Positions 33,960-36,871 of a DNA stretch of 36,871 nucleotides are shown here, one piece after another. The DNA lies in the IMG/VR virus record IMGVR_UViG_3300020432_000020, positions 1-36,871 of that record; one strand, 5' to 3'. The notes beneath the pieces are model-generated. The model ran no database searches and was not told where the DNA came from. It was given only the letters and a program-made list of their open reading frames with translations. Every line of letters begins with the position of its first letter. Position 1 is the stretch's first letter. The translations under genes and the position numbers were made by a program. This DNA is from a virus (Duplodnaviria; Caudoviricetes).

Positions 33960-34321
33960 AGGATTATGCGAGATACCTAGCTTGGCTAAATACTCGCAAG
34001 AAGGGCGCGACAGAGGTTCGTAGAAAAAGCTTAGACGATCCTGTTATGCCTGATATACAACCATACGAGCATTTAGTTGAGTTGGCGATTGAGTGTGGGT
34101 TAGATGGAGTTTCGTGGCAAGAAGTTGACAGTTGGCTGCGAATAACAGGTTATGAGTTGAGGCTTTGGGAAATACACCAAATTAAATTGTTCTCAATTAT
34201 TTATCATAGCTCTGCGCAACAATACGAAGGCACATTGTTGCCAGCACCCTACAGAGATGTCGACCAACCTAGCGGAATGACTGAGGATGCTAGGAACATT
34301 TTAAGAAATAGCAGGTTTTAA
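33926..34321 (+). CDS. Tail assembly chaperone extension (gpGT-like), probably reached by -1 frameshift
   Basis: The -1 frame is open from 33926, overlapping the chaperone end, and reads ...LEDYARYLAWL...VSWQEVDSW...L..WE. No clear RBS at ATG 34046. Confidence 0.7.
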   Translation, partial: GKLRYKVTKQLEDYARYLAWLNTRKKGATEVRRKSLDDPVMPDIQPYEHLVELAIECGLDGVSWQEVDSWLRITGYELRLWEIHQIKLFSIIYHSSAQQYEGTLLPAPYRDVDQPSGMTEDARNILRNSRF

Positions 34322-34322
34322 T

Positions 34323-36871
34323 ATGGTTGATGTAGCTCGGTTAGAAATACAAGCAGATTCCTCATCTGTCAAAACGGCTGGTCAAAATCTAGCTGGCTTT
34401 TCCCAAAAAGCGACATTAGCAACTAGAGCTATGAGAGTTTTGGCTCCAGTTATGGCGGCAGCGTTGTCTGCTCGACTTTTTTCCAATTTAGCTGCGCAAG
34501 CAAACGAATTTAATGCTGCTTTAGGCGAGGTATCGACTTTGCTGACAGATGCAGCGAAGGAAATGCCGACATTAACGCAAAACGCAAAATTATTAGCTGC
34601 TCAATTTGGCGGTTCACCTACGCAACAAGCACAAGCATTTTATCAAGCCATATCTGCTGGAGCCTCTAACGCTGTCGAAGCAACATCTATGCTTACAGCA
34701 GCTAACAAGCTAGCTATAGGGGGCGTGACAGACGTTACAACCGCCGTTGATGGTTTAACCAGTATAGTTAATGCCTTTGGCCTAGAGGCTAACCAAGCTG
34801 CTGACGTTAGTGATGCAATGTTTACGGCAATGAGAGCCGGAAAAACTACAGTAGGCGAATTGTCAGGAAATGTTGGTAAAGTTGCAGCGTTAGCTTCAAC
34901 TGCTGGCTTGTCATTCCAAGAATTGTTAGGAGCAACGAGCGCATTAACAACTGGCGGTGTTGCGACAAGCGAAGCAATGACAGGTTTAAAGGCTGCGCTA
35001 ACGAACATATTAAAGCCTTCCGGCGAAGCAAAAAAAATATCAGAAGCATTAGGGTTGCAGTTTGATATGCAATCTATTCAAGCCAAAGGATTGCAACAAT
35101 TCCTAAAAGATTTAGTAGACCAAACCGCAGGCAATCAAGAGGCTATGCTAGGTTTGTTCGGCAGCACAGAGGCGTTAAACGCTGTGTTTGCCTTAACAGG
35201 GTCGCAGGCTGAAACTTTTGACAACATTATGGAAGATATGGGCAAGTCATTAGGTCAAACAGATTTAGCTTTTTCAAAAATGTCTAACACCATGACTCAA
35301 AAGCTAGAAGTTTTAAAAGGAAAATTCGCAGCAACCGCCGTAGAGGTTGGAAATTTTGTGGTAAAAGCGACAGAGCCAATAGTAGACCACTTAAATGCAA
35401 ACTTTGATGCTTACACAAAATACTGGAGCGATTTAAAACATCAAGCGGGAATAATGCTAGAGCAAATATGGAAAATTTGGTCTCCATTTTTTAAAAATAT
35501 AGCTGACGGATTTAAGGCGGCTTTAGATTTTATAATTAATCTGTTTACTCCTTTTGTTAGAAGGTTTGTAGATTTTGTCAGACGGCTAGCCACGCCAATT
35601 TATGAGTTTTTTAAAGGAATCGTAACTGGCGCAGAGTCAGCTATGCGAGCTTTTATAAACAACTTTAGAACTGGCTTTTCAAAAGCGCAAGAATTCGTAG
35701 AAAGAACAAAACTTAAAATAGTCGATTTTTATGAAACCATGAAAATTAGAGCTATGTCCTTGATTGACAGCCAAGAAGAAACAGAGCGAAAACTAGCAGA
35801 GCTAGACGAGCAAAGAAAACAATCTTTAAGGGAGCTAACAAATCAATTTGACTCTCAAAGAGAAGCAATAGTTTTAGTCTCGGAAGAAGCAAAAGTTTTT
35901 AATGGCATATTCAATATTTTAGAGGACACAACTGTCGCGGTAAAAGATGGCATAGTAGGTTTGGGCAACGCAACATTAACGCTTAAAAATGGTTTGGTTG
36001 ATGTGGCTGCTCAAACAGCGCGATTTGAAGCGGGACAAATTGCTGCTGCTCGTTCTGTCGGCGTTTTAAAAAATCAAGTAACAGAACAAAATGACAGCGT
36101 TATAAATTTGGTAGACCAATTTGACCTTATGGCTAAACCTACAAGCGGTTTTAGAATGGTTACTCAGGAAATGGAAACCCAAGCCATAAGAAGCGCAGAG
36201 GTAAGCAAGCAGTTAGAGCTAGTAGCTGAATCAACTGCCAAAGTTTCTGTAGAGCAAGCTACGCTCAACACGTTCGTTGAAAATACGCAAACAAGTTTTG
36301 CTGACTTAATTAAAGGAACGTTAGACAGCGGTAAGTTAAATTTTAAGAGCTTTTTTGAATCGATCAAAGAAGGCTGGAAAAATATGGTTGCTGAAATAGC
36401 TGCTAAAAAGCTAATGGACGCAATCTTTGGAACTGGCGGTATAGATGGCTTTATGAGCACCATTACAGGCGCTCTGGGCAGCATAGGAAGCAAAATAACA
36501 TCAACGCTAGGCAATGTGTTAGGTATTGGCGGAGGTAGTGCTGCTGGCGCTGCTGCTGCTTCATCTGCTGCTGGGGGAGCCGCTGGTACTTCTGCCGCTA
36601 CAGCCGCAGCTGGAGGCGCTGCTGGCGGGGGATTAATCGCTGGCGGAAAAGCTGCTTTAGCGACTGCTGGAACTGCCATAAAAGCTGTCGGATCAAAAGC
36701 ATTAGCTTTAGCGACAAATCCTCTCACTCTTGGCATAGCTGGCGCAGCTCTATTAGCTGACGCTTTAGATGATAGCGGGACTATGTCTAGTAACGCTGGA
36801 ATGTTAACCACTCCTGTAGGTGACGGCACTGGTCAGTTTGATATAGCAAAATTTGCTAGTGGTGCTCAATT
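34323..36871 (+). CDS. Tape measure protein (TP901-like core), runs off the window end and continues in 2..1030; absent from the ORF track because it has no stop
   Basis: ATG 34323 MVDVARLEIQADSS...; core motifs AFYQAISAG, AVDGLTSIVNAFG, GKTTVGEL, LFGS.EA; frame matches the left-end ORF. Confidence 0.95.
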   Translation, partial: MVDVARLEIQADSSSVKTAGQNLAGFSQKATLATRAMRVLAPVMAAALSARLFSNLAAQANEFNAALGEVSTLLTDAAKEMPTLTQNAKLLAAQFGGSPTQQAQAFYQAISAGASNAVEATSMLTAANKLAIGGVTDVTTAVDGLTSIVNAFGLEANQAADVSDAMFTAMRAGKTTVGELSGNVGKVAALASTAGLSFQELLGATSALTTGGVATSEAMTGLKAALTNILKPSGEAKKISEALGLQFDMQSIQAKGLQQFLKDLVDQTAGNQEAMLGLFGSTEALNAVFALTGSQAETFDNIMEDMGKSLGQTDLAFSKMSNTMTQKLEVLKGKFAATAVEVGNFVVKATEPIVDHLNANFDAYTKYWSDLKHQAGIMLEQIWKIWSPFFKNIADGFKAALDFIINLFTPFVRRFVDFVRRLATPIYEFFKGIVTGAESAMRAFINNFRTGFSKAQEFVERTKLKIVDFYETMKIRAMSLIDSQEETERKLAELDEQRKQSLRELTNQFDSQREAIVLVSEEAKVFNGIFNILEDTTVAVKDGIVGLGNATLTLKNGLVDVAAQTARFEAGQIAAARSVGVLKNQVTEQNDSVINLVDQFDLMAKPTSGFRMVTQEMETQAIRSAEVSKQLELVAESTAKVSVEQATLNTFVENTQTSFADLIKGTLDSGKLNFKSFFESIKEGWKNMVAEIAAKKLMDAIFGTGGIDGFMSTITGALGSIGSKITSTLGNVLGIGGGSAAGAAAASSAAGGAAGTSAATAAAGGAAGGGLIAGGKAALATAGTAIKAVGSKALALATNPLTLGIAGAALLADALDDSGTMSSNAGMLTTPVGDGTGQFDIAKFASGAQ
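36455..36871 (+). repeat. Terminal overlap, right copy
   Basis: 417-nt near-copy of 1-414. Confidence 0.97.

Larger units (their letters stand above)
1..36871. mobile_element. Near-complete or complete tailed bacteriophage genome (siphovirus-like), circularly permuted
   Basis: Terminase, portal, minor head, scaffold, capsid, neck, tail tube, chaperone, tape measure, fibres, lysis and replication/recombination genes are all present. The ends overlap within one gene and no host flanks are seen. Confidence 0.97.

Noticed and set aside
34643-36829. Minus-strand ORFs opposite the tape-measure gene, and similar shadow ORFs opposite other long genes
   Set aside because: Antisense shadows of Ala/Gly/Thr-rich coding sequence, with no RBS or family motifs.
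36455-36871. Diversity-generating retroelement TR/VR pair
   Set aside because: Differences from 1-414 are not adenine-specific and are mostly synonymous, no reverse transcriptase is present, and the copies are simply the contig ends.
1-36871. CRISPR array, tRNA, integrase/att site, intron or intein
   Set aside because: No repeat-spacer periodicity, cloverleaf, recombinase motifs or interrupted core genes were seen by eye; dedicated scans were not run.

Overview
The window is essentially one complete, circularly permuted tailed-phage genome of siphovirus type, with a unique length of about 36,454 bp. Bases 1-414 recur at 36455-36871 with 14 substitutions and a 3-nt indel, inside the tape-measure gene. 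Gene order: end of tape measure; tail-tip protein; tail fibre; three paralogous receptor-binding-like proteins; metallophosphoesterase; holin-like cluster. A leftward arm follows (endolysin, GGCT, amidoligase, DUF3310, NinG, NinB-like, HTH, SSB, YqaJ exonuclease, Sak/Rad52). The rightward arm has a DUF1376 replication protein, small genes, a ParB/IbrA/IbrB/GNAT/HNH-like cassette, terminase, portal, head, neck and tail genes. No integrase, tRNA or CRISPR array was recognised. Signals read directly from the DNA and absent from the ORF track: (1) a 23-codon pqqA gene behind the major capsid gene; (2) a perfect 16-bp chromosomal-type parS site; (3) six exact copies of TATAAATA-N6-TTTATAAT in front of non-structural genes; (4) a candidate ~65-nt small RNA with its own promoter and terminator whose anti-Shine-Dalgarno tract can pair over the RBS and AUG of the replication gene. 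Protein-level highlights are the terminase-coupled candidate DNA-modification cassette and a candidate branched receptor-binding system. All family assignments come from motif recognition by eye, not from database searches. The host is probably a proteobacterium (inference from SSB, PqqA and the lipobox ORF).
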